From Porphyridium purpureum (taxonomy: Eukaryota): a DNA stretch of 64,000 nt. The notes below the pieces were generated by a model. That model worked only from the letters and a program-made list of their open reading frames with translations, searched no databases and had not been told where the DNA came from. The position numbers and the translations under genes are program-made. This document shows, in pieces, positions 44,474-53,290 of the stretch; within the stretch, counting starts at the first letter, position 1; each line of letters begins with the position of its first letter. The stretch lies in NCBI GenBank assembly GCA_008690995.1, contig VRMN01000002.1, positions 1,550,001-1,614,000 of the forward strand. Reading direction: 5' to 3'.

Positions 44474-44667
44474 ATGCTTTGCGCACCTACAGTGTACCCT
44501 CGGTACAGTAAAACGTGATTTATTTAACAATTATTAAACAAACGCGTGCGGTTTCAAAATTTACCTGGTCTGGACGCGGGCAGCGGAGGGCGGGTGTGGG
44601 CGCATGGAGCGTGAGAGTGTGGAGCTCGTGGATCAGGTGAAGGTCTGAAAGGCCAAATCAGCACGCG

Positions 44668-46020
44668 ATGACGGAGAGAGCGCGCGCCGAGGATGCGGAC
44701 GACGCGCACTCGGCGTACGAGTTTGGCGGACCAATAGGAACGGCGCTGATTATGCTCGGCTCGCACGTGTTTGTGTATTACGTGTGGCTGTGCGTCTTTT
44801 TCAATGATGGCGCTCAGCTGGTCCCGTCCTCTGTTCATGATGTCCGGCCGCTTGCGCGGTTTGTGATGCGCACGCTGCGTGATGAAGCAGCGCCCACGTG
44901 GTATGCGACGCAGATCTACGTTTTGTTCCTGGTGTTCCAGCTGGTTCTCGCCCTCACGATGCCCGGCGTTATGTCCAAGGGCCTTCCTGTGCCGTCAGAG
45001 AATAATCAGCCGCTCACGTACCGATGCAACGGCGTCGCATCGTGGTACGTCACGCTGGTCGTTGTTCTCGGGCTTCACTACTCTGGTCTGTTTCCATTGC
45101 AAACCGTGTTGGACCAGTTTGGCCACATTCTGACAGTCTCCGCCATCATGTCTAACGTTGTCTCGGTCGCCGCGTACGCGTCCGCCTTTGCGCTCAAGCG
45201 CACGCATCGCATGTCTGGCAACCACGTGTATGATTTCTTCATGGGTGCTTGGCTCAATCCTCGCTTCGGCTACTTCGACTGGAAGTTCTGGGCCGAAACG
45301 CGCGTCGCCTGGATCACGCTCTTTTTGCTGACCCTTGCGGCCGCCATGAAGCAAGTCGAGATGGACGGGCGGGTCGGTACCCCCATGATATTTATGCTGC
45401 TCGCGCATGGATTGTACACAAACGCAGTCATGAAAGGCGAAGAGTGCATTGTGACGACGTGGGACGTGTTCTACGAGAAGTGGGGTTGGATGCTTATTTT
45501 CTGGAACTTTACGGGCGTCCCATTTGTATATTGTGCGCAGTCGTACTACATTGCGATGCACCACAAGATGGAGCACGCATCGCCTTGGATCTCCGCAGCT
45601 CTGTTTGTGACCTTGGTGGGTGCGTACTACATCTGGGACACTTCGCAGAGCCAGAAGGATCGTTTCCGCATGGAGCTCAAGGGCAACCTAATCCATCGCA
45701 AGACTTTTCCGCAGCTGCCGTGGGGCACGCTCAGAAATCCGAAATTCTTGACGACGGCAGCCGGCTCCCCGCTGCTTATTGACGGCTGGTGGCGGTACGC
45801 GCGCAAAATTCACTACACGATGGACACCATCATGGCGCTGACGTGGGGTCTAAACTGCGGTATCGATCATGCCCTGCCGTACTTTTACTTTGTGTTCTTC
45901 TTTTCCATGATTGTGCACCGCTACATTCGCGACGCCGAGCGCTGCCAGCGCAAGTACGGAAAGGACTGGGACCGATACTGTCGCATTGTACCTTACATAT
46001 TCATTCCGTACGTGATTTGA
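44668..46020 (+). CDS. ERG4: Delta24(24(1))-sterol reductase (ERG4/ERG24 family, ERG4-like)
   Basis: YEFGGPIG, SGNHVYDFFMGAWLNPR, KGEECIVTTWD, EKWGWMLIFWN, RKTFPQLPW, LLIDGWWRYARKIHY, KYGKDW. Confidence 0.93.
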   Translation: MTERARAEDADDAHSAYEFGGPIGTALIMLGSHVFVYYVWLCVFFNDGAQLVPSSVHDVRPLARFVMRTLRDEAAPTWYATQIYVLFLVFQLVLALTMPGVMSKGLPVPSENNQPLTYRCNGVASWYVTLVVVLGLHYSGLFPLQTVLDQFGHILTVSAIMSNVVSVAAYASAFALKRTHRMSGNHVYDFFMGAWLNPRFGYFDWKFWAETRVAWITLFLLTLAAAMKQVEMDGRVGTPMIFMLLAHGLYTNAVMKGEECIVTTWDVFYEKWGWMLIFWNFTGVPFVYCAQSYYIAMHHKMEHASPWISAALFVTLVGAYYIWDTSQSQKDRFRMELKGNLIHRKTFPQLPWGTLRNPKFLTTAAGSPLLIDGWWRYARKIHYTMDTIMALTWGLNCGIDHALPYFYFVFFFSMIVHRYIRDAERCQRKYGKDWDRYCRIVPYIFIPYVI

Positions 46021-46384
46021 AGCGCTTGATTCATGCGCATCTCGCGGTCGGGATGTCCCTGTCGACTCGCATTGCAGTAGCCGCTGATTTCTTTTCAGAA
46101 AAAAACGAATGAGGTAGTTCCACCGGAAGGATTGCGATAGACCTTGCCGCTTCTGGTCACTTCCATTTCAAAACAAATTCTAGCCGCCATCGGAAAGCGC
46201 TCGGGAATCGCAAGATCATGGCTCGAATGTGACAAGAAAAACGGTCACTAACCTGCCTTCATTCATGCACGGTGCCCTCCTGGCACGAAGGAAAGCCCGT
46301 TCAGTGCACGTGGGGGCCATGCCATCGTGGTGCGCATGTGGCTGAGCTGTGCAGGGGGTTTGGTGCTTGCAGAATAATCACATT

Positions 46385-46651
46385 TCATGTCCAGTCGAGC
46401 AACAGCTGCACGGCGATGGCTTCTATATGCTGAACACCGAGCTCTGCCTCGCCATTCTGCCTCGCCAATGCACTCCCGCGAACCAGCGCCTCGCGGACCA
46501 GCGCGTCAAGCACCACGCCCGTCAGCGCGATCGCGGACTCGCTCTTCCACTTGGTCGGCGAGCCGTCGTGGCCGCGCACAAGGCGCACCACCAGCTCATT
46601 CGATATCTGACTCGACGGCGAGCCTACACGAGACGACGAGGCATCACTCAT
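46385..46651 (-). CDS. CENP-X/MHF2 histone-fold protein
   Basis: 88 aa; LDALVREALVRG...LGVQHIEAIAVQLLLDW resembles the CENP-X C-terminus. Confidence 0.72.
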   Translation of the reverse strand: MSDASSSRVGSPSSQISNELVVRLVRGHDGSPTKWKSESAIALTGVVLDALVREALVRGSALARQNGEAELGVQHIEAIAVQLLLDWT

Positions 46652-47030
46652 CGCAGCACCATCTGCAACGCCTCCTCGCCCTCCCTCTCCTCGTACAAAG
46701 GTCCTGTCTTCTTGCCGTCGCTGCTCGACTCCAAGCGCTCTCTCTCCCTGTCCGCCTCCTTCCCCTTGTTGCTCTCCTTGCGCTTCCTGCTCACGCGCAA
46801 AATCGAGTTCGAGCGCCGCCAGAACGCAGGATAAAGTACAGTGCCCTACTTCAAAGTACACTACTGTACCTAGACGTACAGTGCTGCGCGACTGAACTTT
46901 GAGACGGACTGATGGACAGGCGAAACTTGGTATAAAGAGATAGAGGGAGACTGAGGCGAGTCACCGTGTGAGCGTGTGTGTGAGTGGGTGTGGGTGGGTG
47001 TTGGATGTTTGGGCCGTGAGACAGAGTGCG

Positions 47031-47444
47031 ATGGAAGATGCTGCGGCGTCCGAGGAGCAGCAACAAGCGCCGGGATCTCTGGAAGGTGCGGCGGGTGAGG
47101 ATATGTGTGTCGTGCGCGTGCTGCTCGTGAACGAGTCGCATTTTCAGGTCGAGAGCGCGCCCACAAGTACCGTGCGTGAGCTCAAGGAGCGCATCTTGGC
47201 GCAGCGCCCGGCGCAACTCGTGGAGCTGCTGCAGAAGACCGAGCAGCCATTCCCGGAAAGTACCGCGGAAATCCGGCTGCTGATGCTTGGAAAGTTCCTC
47301 GTTGACACCGACACATTACATTCATGCGGGTTCAAAGTGGGCCCGGGAGAGCAAACGACTGTGCATTGCTCCATCAAGAGCGCCGCACAAGTGCATGCGA
47401 AATCAAAGCCAAAGGATCAGGCTGCCTGTTGTGTGATTTCGTAA
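47031..47444 (+). CDS. Membrane-anchored ubiquitin-fold protein (MUB/UBL3) with CaaX box
   Basis: TVRELKERI, IRLLMLGKFLVD, TTVH, C-terminal CCVIS. Confidence 0.88.
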   Translation: MEDAAASEEQQQAPGSLEGAAGEDMCVVRVLLVNESHFQVESAPTSTVRELKERILAQRPAQLVELLQKTEQPFPESTAEIRLLMLGKFLVDTDTLHSCGFKVGPGEQTTVHCSIKSAAQVHAKSKPKDQAACCVIS

Positions 47445-47694
47445 GTATGTCGTCGAGGTCTGTACTTTAATTGAATAACACGGCGTGGCCTTCTTCGTCA
47501 CTTCTCTCTTTCGCATGATAGCCCTTTCATCCATGCTTGCGCGCCAGTGCCGCGCTTCAGAAGAACAAGAGGTCGCTATTCCCTTTTATCTGGAGACAGT
47601 TCAGCCAGGACTCTGCATGCCAATCCTTGATTCTACTTCATTTGTTCGATTTCAGTCGTTGTCCCAATCTCTGTCTTTCACACACACAGGCTCG

Positions 47695-47718
47695 CTCTCT
47701 CTCTCTCTCTCTCTCTCT
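47695..47718. repeat. (CT)n microsatellite
   Basis: Seen directly, between convergent genes. Confidence 0.9.
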
Positions 47719-47781
47719 TCTTGGCTCGGCTGCAACACACCCACGGGATTCACTTGTCCTGCTTGCTGATAGAGCTTTAAT

Positions 47782-49185
47782 TTACACGCCGCTGGTGTCG
47801 TACCCAAAATTCTGCATATCGTCTTTGTACATTCTGTCTATCCGTTGCAATCGCTTCGGGTCGGCACGCGCCTCTTGAACCAATGGGTGAATATCCGGCT
47901 CATCGTGTAAACTGTCCCACTTGGGGAACGTGGAAGATGCCCTTCCGAAGTGCAGCATATCCAGTGCTTGCGCAACGCCGCGCTCACTGTCTTCAAACCT
48001 TACCGTAATATTGTAGTTCACCGTGTCCCAGCCACAGAACGAGCTCTGCGTGCTGAATATCTCTTTCCCCGTGTCGAGCTTTAGCTTGACCAGATACACC
48101 AGCAGAAACGCAAAATTCATGCGCTGCACCTCACGCTCACGCTCGGTAAAGGGCTTACCGCGCACGCGACCTACAAAGTCGCGGTAAGCTTCCGAGTGAA
48201 TATCAGATTGCGACACGCGATCTTCAAACATGGCCATCAACCGCTTGATGGGATGGCGCACGAGCATGACGCGGGTGAACTCTGAACCGAACAGCAAGCG
48301 CTCGCGATCTCGGATCGAGTAGTCTGAAACGCGCGCCAGGCCATCGTCCAGCATGCTCACGTTGCGAGACACATCCGGCAGACCGCTCATCTGGCGAAAA
48401 AACTGCTTCCATAGGTTTGCCCCGGCATATGGCACGCCGCAAAAGAGCACATGGTACTCGGGTAGCACGTACAAGTTCCCGAGAAAGTCAGCATACAGCA
48501 CGTCGCGCGAAACCACGAGCCGCGAATCTAACGCGGTGGCAGCACTGAGCGCTCGCGTGGACGTGACACGAGGCGCGGCCGCCGATTCTTTGAACTTTGC
48601 CTTGCGCTTACCCTCCTCTAAAGTCGGTACAACAGGCTCCACGGCCGAGCGCATTTCGCCGCGCCGGAAGCGCTTCACTTCAAACGCAATCATCTGCGTC
48701 AGCGGTACTGGGTCGCCGCCGCGATACCCACGGGGCAGTTTCTCAATGAGCACAGACTCTGCACGTGGGTCTGACGTGAGCTGTTTGATCTTTGAAGGCG
48801 AGCCCGGTTGCTTTTGTAGCACGGTCGTGGAGGACACGTCATCCAGCTGCTGCTGTGACTGAGCGGCATCCTCACCGGCAGCCGGATGCATCGGCCGGCT
48901 CTTCAGCAAGGACGTTGAAAAGACAGAGGTCTCAGCGACCTTTCTGGATACATTTCGCCTATGAAGCACATCTGCGGTGGCGAGCAGCACCACTGCGACC
49001 ACAATCAATGCGACGCGCGACTTGCGCAGCCAAGCGTCAAATCCAAATAGCTTTTCATGCCCCAGGCTGCCGCCGGCCGCCGCGCTGCGTCCCGACCTGC
49101 TCCATGCCTTACGTGGCTGCGGTTGTGCCTGTGGCAGTAGCATGGGTAATATTGGTGCCGCACTGTCCGACTCTGAGTTACCCAT
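47782..49185 (-). CDS. Golgi carbohydrate sulfotransferase-like protein (Sulfotransfer_2 type)
   Basis: Type II TM helix; LFCGVPYAGANLWK, LVRHPIKRL, QSSFCG, YKDDMQNFGY. Confidence 0.82.
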   Translation of the reverse strand: MGNSESDSAAPILPMLLPQAQPQPRKAWSRSGRSAAAGGSLGHEKLFGFDAWLRKSRVALIVVAVVLLATADVLHRRNVSRKVAETSVFSTSLLKSRPMHPAAGEDAAQSQQQLDDVSSTTVLQKQPGSPSKIKQLTSDPRAESVLIEKLPRGYRGGDPVPLTQMIAFEVKRFRRGEMRSAVEPVVPTLEEGKRKAKFKESAAAPRVTSTRALSAATALDSRLVVSRDVLYADFLGNLYVLPEYHVLFCGVPYAGANLWKQFFRQMSGLPDVSRNVSMLDDGLARVSDYSIRDRERLLFGSEFTRVMLVRHPIKRLMAMFEDRVSQSDIHSEAYRDFVGRVRGKPFTEREREVQRMNFAFLLVYLVKLKLDTGKEIFSTQSSFCGWDTVNYNITVRFEDSERGVAQALDMLHFGRASSTFPKWDSLHDEPDIHPLVQEARADPKRLQRIDRMYKDDMQNFGYDTSGV

Positions 49186-49429
49186 CGCCAGATCCAACCG
49201 ATCTGACGTACTGCGTCGTTGAATAACTTCCTCGTCTACAGGTATCACGTTCGTACTTCCGGAGACGTGAAGCTTGGCGCAAGGGGCTGTGGGTCAGCGC
49301 GGTGCTTGTCGCGTTTCGTTTCACACGTTGGGCGAGATGGTTCATGCAGGAAGCGCATGCATGGCTTCTTCACGAGCGTTGGCTGGTGCGCAACCGAGCC
49401 GTCTGTTGCGGTCGGACAGTCGATGCGGT

Positions 49430-50221
49430 ATGCCAAGCTGCTTTGTCGGTGCTTCGAACGGGTTCAGGCAAGCAAGCTGGACTCAGCAGGGTGAAAAGCT
49501 ATGTGGTCTGCAGAGCCCTGTTCGTGCTCGCCGTGCTCGTGGGCAGGTGGTTCGGATGATGAGTGGGGTGAATGGTGGCATTGACTATGAGATTGACCTG
49601 AGTAGTCTGCCGGAAGACGTGGCGCGACGTGTGGAATACGTGCAGGGCGGACCCGACTCACCCACTGCGTTGATCGATGCCGCGCACGCTATCGCAGCGT
49701 GTAGGATATCGTCCACTTTGCCCGTGATGGTAGACATGCTCGGCTTCAATAACCCGATTGCGGCCAACATTGCCATTGATGCGTTGGTACGCGGCGGAAA
49801 GGACTCGGTTGAATTTCTGTTGAAAGGCGTCGGTGCGTTCAATTACGCAGTCAATGCATACGCGCTGCGAGCGCTGGGCCGCATTGGCGACCCGGCGGTT
49901 GTGGATGTTTGCATGGAGTGCGCGCGCGGTGGTCCGATTCCAAATGTGCGCCGTGCTGCTTGCAATGCGCTAGGGCAGCTACTGTACAATGATCAAGCTG
50001 ACTGCACCGGAGCGGTCGAGCTTTTACTTCTGCTTTTGCAGGATCCAGACTGGTCTGTCCGCTACGCGTCCGTGTCGGCGCTGCACCAGTTTAAACAATG
50101 GCAGATGATTGAAGATGTCATTCCGTCGATTCGCGCCCGACTAGAGCAGGTAGCGTCGCAAGACTCCGATCGCGCCGTCAAGGCACGAGCGCATGTCGCT
50201 CTCGAACGCTATGCGACATAG
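49430..50221 (+). CDS. Phycobiliprotein lyase HEAT-repeat subunit (CpcF/CpeZ-like), plastid-targeted
   Basis: LGFNNPIAA, NYAVNAYALRALGRIGDP, VRRAACNALG, DPDWSVRYA; the start may instead be 49337 or 49361. Confidence 0.85.
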   Translation: MPSCFVGASNGFRQASWTQQGEKLCGLQSPVRARRARGQVVRMMSGVNGGIDYEIDLSSLPEDVARRVEYVQGGPDSPTALIDAAHAIAACRISSTLPVMVDMLGFNNPIAANIAIDALVRGGKDSVEFLLKGVGAFNYAVNAYALRALGRIGDPAVVDVCMECARGGPIPNVRRAACNALGQLLYNDQADCTGAVELLLLLLQDPDWSVRYASVSALHQFKQWQMIEDVIPSIRARLEQVASQDSDRAVKARAHVALERYAT

Positions 50222-50354
50222 CACCAGAGCTCTGCAAACCATCTCGGCTTCAATAGAAAATAGAATAAACACACGCCAATGCTTTGCTTTAGGCGATTGA
50301 ATGGTTTCGAAAATGATCGTTGTGCTGCGTTGAAGTGGCAAGGGCACATGACAC

Positions 50355-51341
50355 ATGGCAGGTGGGGCGACCACGATCGGGCTGGTCGTGGGCATTCTGG
50401 CCAAGCTAACGGGCGCGCTCGGTGCGAATTTGCAGCGAAAGCATCATGTGGTACAGGCACTGCTGGGCGGTGACGCGGATGCAGCACGCACGCGAGAGTG
50501 GCAGTCGAAGACGTGGCTCCTCGGGCTGGCCCTGTTCTTCGCATCGCAGGCACTGAACGGAGTATCATTGGCGCTAGTGTCAACCATCTTGCTTGCACCA
50601 CTGAACGGGCTAGGAGTGGTGTTCAATGCATACTTTGCTGTGATCTTGAGCGGGGAGACGTTCGACTTGCTGGACAGCATCGGGACTGGGTTGGTTGCTT
50701 TCGGTGCCGTCATTCTGAGCGTGTGGGGAAACCTGGACACCGATCGATGGATCACTGCACAGGCACTACTGGACACAGCGCGCTCACCGACCGTGCAAGC
50801 GTGGCTGGTAGGTACCTGGATTTTTCAGGCAGCGCTCCTGGTCGCCGCGTACTCGATGCGAAAACAAGTGTATCGCACACCTTCCACCAATTTCTTCATT
50901 GGCAGCGCATACGCAGTCGTGACGTCTACCTTCAGTACCCAGTCCCTGGTCATTTCGAAATGCGGCGCAGTCTTGCTCAGAAAGGCCGTCCAAGGTGACG
51001 ATCACGATGGCAGTGGCAGCCCGGCATGGCTTCCTGGAGTGATTTTGGGCTTGATAGGGATGTACGGCGCGATCAATATTCTGTTGTCCAACGAAATGAT
51101 GCGATTCTATGACATCAAGGTTTTAAGTCCGCTGAGCTTTAGCGTGTTCACCATTTCAAACACCGGCAACGCCTTTATCATTTTTCGAGCCGGCGAGCTG
51201 GTGTCGTTCAACGACGTGGTTGGACTCGCGCTCGGTATTGCTGCGGTACTGCTTGGCGTCTTGTGTCTTACGTGGTCAAGGGATCGCGCTTTAGCAACAC
51301 CTGCCGAAAAGCATCGAATACTCAAAACTGCGACTGAGTGA
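50355..51341 (+). CDS. NIPA/DUF803-type magnesium transporter-like protein
   Basis: GANLQRK, WLLGLALF, LLAPLNGLGVVFN...LSGE, multiple TM helices. Confidence 0.82.
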   Translation: MAGGATTIGLVVGILAKLTGALGANLQRKHHVVQALLGGDADAARTREWQSKTWLLGLALFFASQALNGVSLALVSTILLAPLNGLGVVFNAYFAVILSGETFDLLDSIGTGLVAFGAVILSVWGNLDTDRWITAQALLDTARSPTVQAWLVGTWIFQAALLVAAYSMRKQVYRTPSTNFFIGSAYAVVTSTFSTQSLVISKCGAVLLRKAVQGDDHDGSGSPAWLPGVILGLIGMYGAINILLSNEMMRFYDIKVLSPLSFSVFTISNTGNAFIIFRAGELVSFNDVVGLALGIAAVLLGVLCLTWSRDRALATPAEKHRILKTATE

Positions 51342-51467
51342 GTCATAAATCCTGCCAAGCAGAGTAAGCAACCTCGCTATGTAGCATTACGGAGACACGT
51401 TTTTATTTTATTATACATTCTGCACCCTGGCGATGACAGAGGTGACCGGCACCCATTGTTTACCTCG

Positions 51468-52277
51468 TCAGCGTGCTTGCCATGCCATGGCCGCCTGCGC
51501 TTGCAGCTGCTCGGCAGAGATCATGTCGGACCTGAAGAACGTGTAGCTCAGCGTGATATCTCTCACGTCGCGCATCTTGGGGTCCTCTGAGAATTCCGGG
51601 TCGATGTAGAAAAACACAGGCATTTCAATCTCCTCGTCGGGATTCAGCCGCTGCTCCTCAAAGCAAAAGCACTGGATTTTGTTAAAGTAGATGCCAGCCT
51701 TATTCGGTGTCACATTGTACGTCGCAATACCACTGATTGCTTCCTCTGCATAATTCCTGGCCTTGTAGAATGCAAGAGCCGTCTCTCCAGGGTACACATA
51801 AATCTGCCTCTGCATGGGCACGAACTTCCACGGCATGGCCAGATGTGCGTCGCTGACGAAAGTGATCTTGATAGGCTTTTCATCCACGCGCGGGACCGTA
51901 TCCACCAACGGAGTATAGAAGTTGACGGTCGAGAGGACGCTCCCGCCGGTGCTGCCGCCCGTCGCTGCAGCCGCGGTGCGAACCTCGCCTCCAAACCCGG
52001 TTGCCTGACAAAACATCTTGTAGAGCGGAACCGCCGCGTACGACATACCCACTGCGCCAAGCGCGATGGCCACGCTCCACATCGCGATGCTTCTGTTGCG
52101 TGCCCGCAACTCGGGATCCTGCGTCATCGTATTCCGGTGCTGATGCTTCTGCTGCTGCTGCGAAGAATGCTGCGAACTGCCCGCTGGCTCTGAACCAAAG
52201 CGTCGCATGATTGCACTTCCAGGGCCGCGCGCTGAGCGGGCATATAGCCCCACCATAAGTTTCATTCCCGACATCAT
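51468..52277 (-). CDS. COX11: Cytochrome c oxidase copper chaperone
   Basis: YAAVPLYKMFCQATGFGG, PGETALAFY, YFNKIQCFCFEEQ, MPVFFYIDP, ITLSYTFF; exact start uncertain. Confidence 0.96.
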   Translation of the reverse strand: MMSGMKLMVGLYARSARGPGSAIMRRFGSEPAGSSQHSSQQQQKHQHRNTMTQDPELRARNRSIAMWSVAIALGAVGMSYAAVPLYKMFCQATGFGGEVRTAAAATGGSTGGSVLSTVNFYTPLVDTVPRVDEKPIKITFVSDAHLAMPWKFVPMQRQIYVYPGETALAFYKARNYAEEAISGIATYNVTPNKAGIYFNKIQCFCFEEQRLNPDEEIEMPVFFYIDPEFSEDPKMRDVRDITLSYTFFRSDMISAEQLQAQAAMAWQAR

Positions 52278-52497
52278 CGTCAGCTCGTCACCGACTTGCG
52301 CTTCTCTTCTCTGCTCGTCCGCCCCCTCCACTCCGTGACAGCCGGAGAAAAGTCGAGGTACAGTTTGAATGGATTCCCTTTTAGTAGTGTACAGTGCCTA
52401 GGTTGAAGCATCAGGACGCGGCTGAACGACTCCCGGCCAAGCTGGCTGCCTGGGGCCTGACATCAGTCGCTAGCATGCTCGGCGTTGTTCTGTCGTT

Positions 52498-52515
52498 TGT
52501 GTGTGTGTGTGTGTG
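52498..52515. repeat. (TG)n microsatellite
   Basis: Seen directly, upstream of COX11. Confidence 0.85.
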
Positions 52516-52618
52516 AATAGTCTGCGCCTGTGCCCGACAGCCATGGTCCTATGCTGCATCACGGTTCTGCTGAAAACCCCGCGATGAAGGCAGTGCGGCC
52601 ACCAAAACGCGTCGCTGC

Positions 52619-52921
52619 TCACCCCTGCGTCGGCCGCTGCCGCTGCCGCTGAACGATGCTCAAGTTGTAAAAGTACGCAAGCGTGGCAGTAGGAATAATA
52701 TCTGTCATGAGCAGCAGTTCCTCGACGAGACCAATGAGCGGCGCGAACGGGACGTCAGGGAACAACCAGCGAATCAAGAGCGCCGAGACTGGAGCCCATG
52801 CGAGATCTGTAACGCCGGGCGTGAGCATGCCGATAAAGTCGACGACAATGGCGAGCATGAGGTACTGCACGCCAGTGCGGCGATCGGCGTGGTCGCCTCG
52901 ACGCTCCACGTGCGACGCCAT
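52619..52921 (-). CDS. Small hypothetical membrane protein
   Basis: 100 aa, hydrophobic, with patterned DLAWAPVSA and EELLLMTDIIPTATLAY segments. Confidence 0.65.
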   Translation of the reverse strand: MASHVERRGDHADRRTGVQYLMLAIVVDFIGMLTPGVTDLAWAPVSALLIRWLFPDVPFAPLIGLVEELLLMTDIIPTATLAYFYNLSIVQRQRQRPTQG

Positions 52922-53290
52922 ACGTCCGAGCGTCGCCGTCTGTCAGCTAGCGAGCTATTGTAGCTCGCGGGTTTCCGGCTTAACGGTGCAATGAGGTGGA
53001 GGCTTGTTTAATAAAATGGCTGTGTTTTATAAGATTCCGGAACTCGTGACTGATGCGACGGGTCAATTACTATAAAATTGGACTGATTTTGTGATTTTGG
53101 AGTACTGTCGAACGAGGATCTGAATCGGAAGGCGGTGGTGCGCGCAGTGGGTTGGCGCAAACGTTCGACGGTCATAGCGAACCGATGCAAGCAAGCAGAC
53201 AAAGGTCGAGGGTGCTGGACGGCTTGTGCGAGCTGTTGAGTAGCACACATCAGCAGGTCGCGTTGATGTTTATTTATCAGGGACGCCGCC

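Noticed and set aside
22843..47444. Cluster of ubiquitin-fold genes (UBL-RPS27a, UFM1, MUB)
   Set aside because: Spread over 25 kb among unrelated genes; consistent with chance
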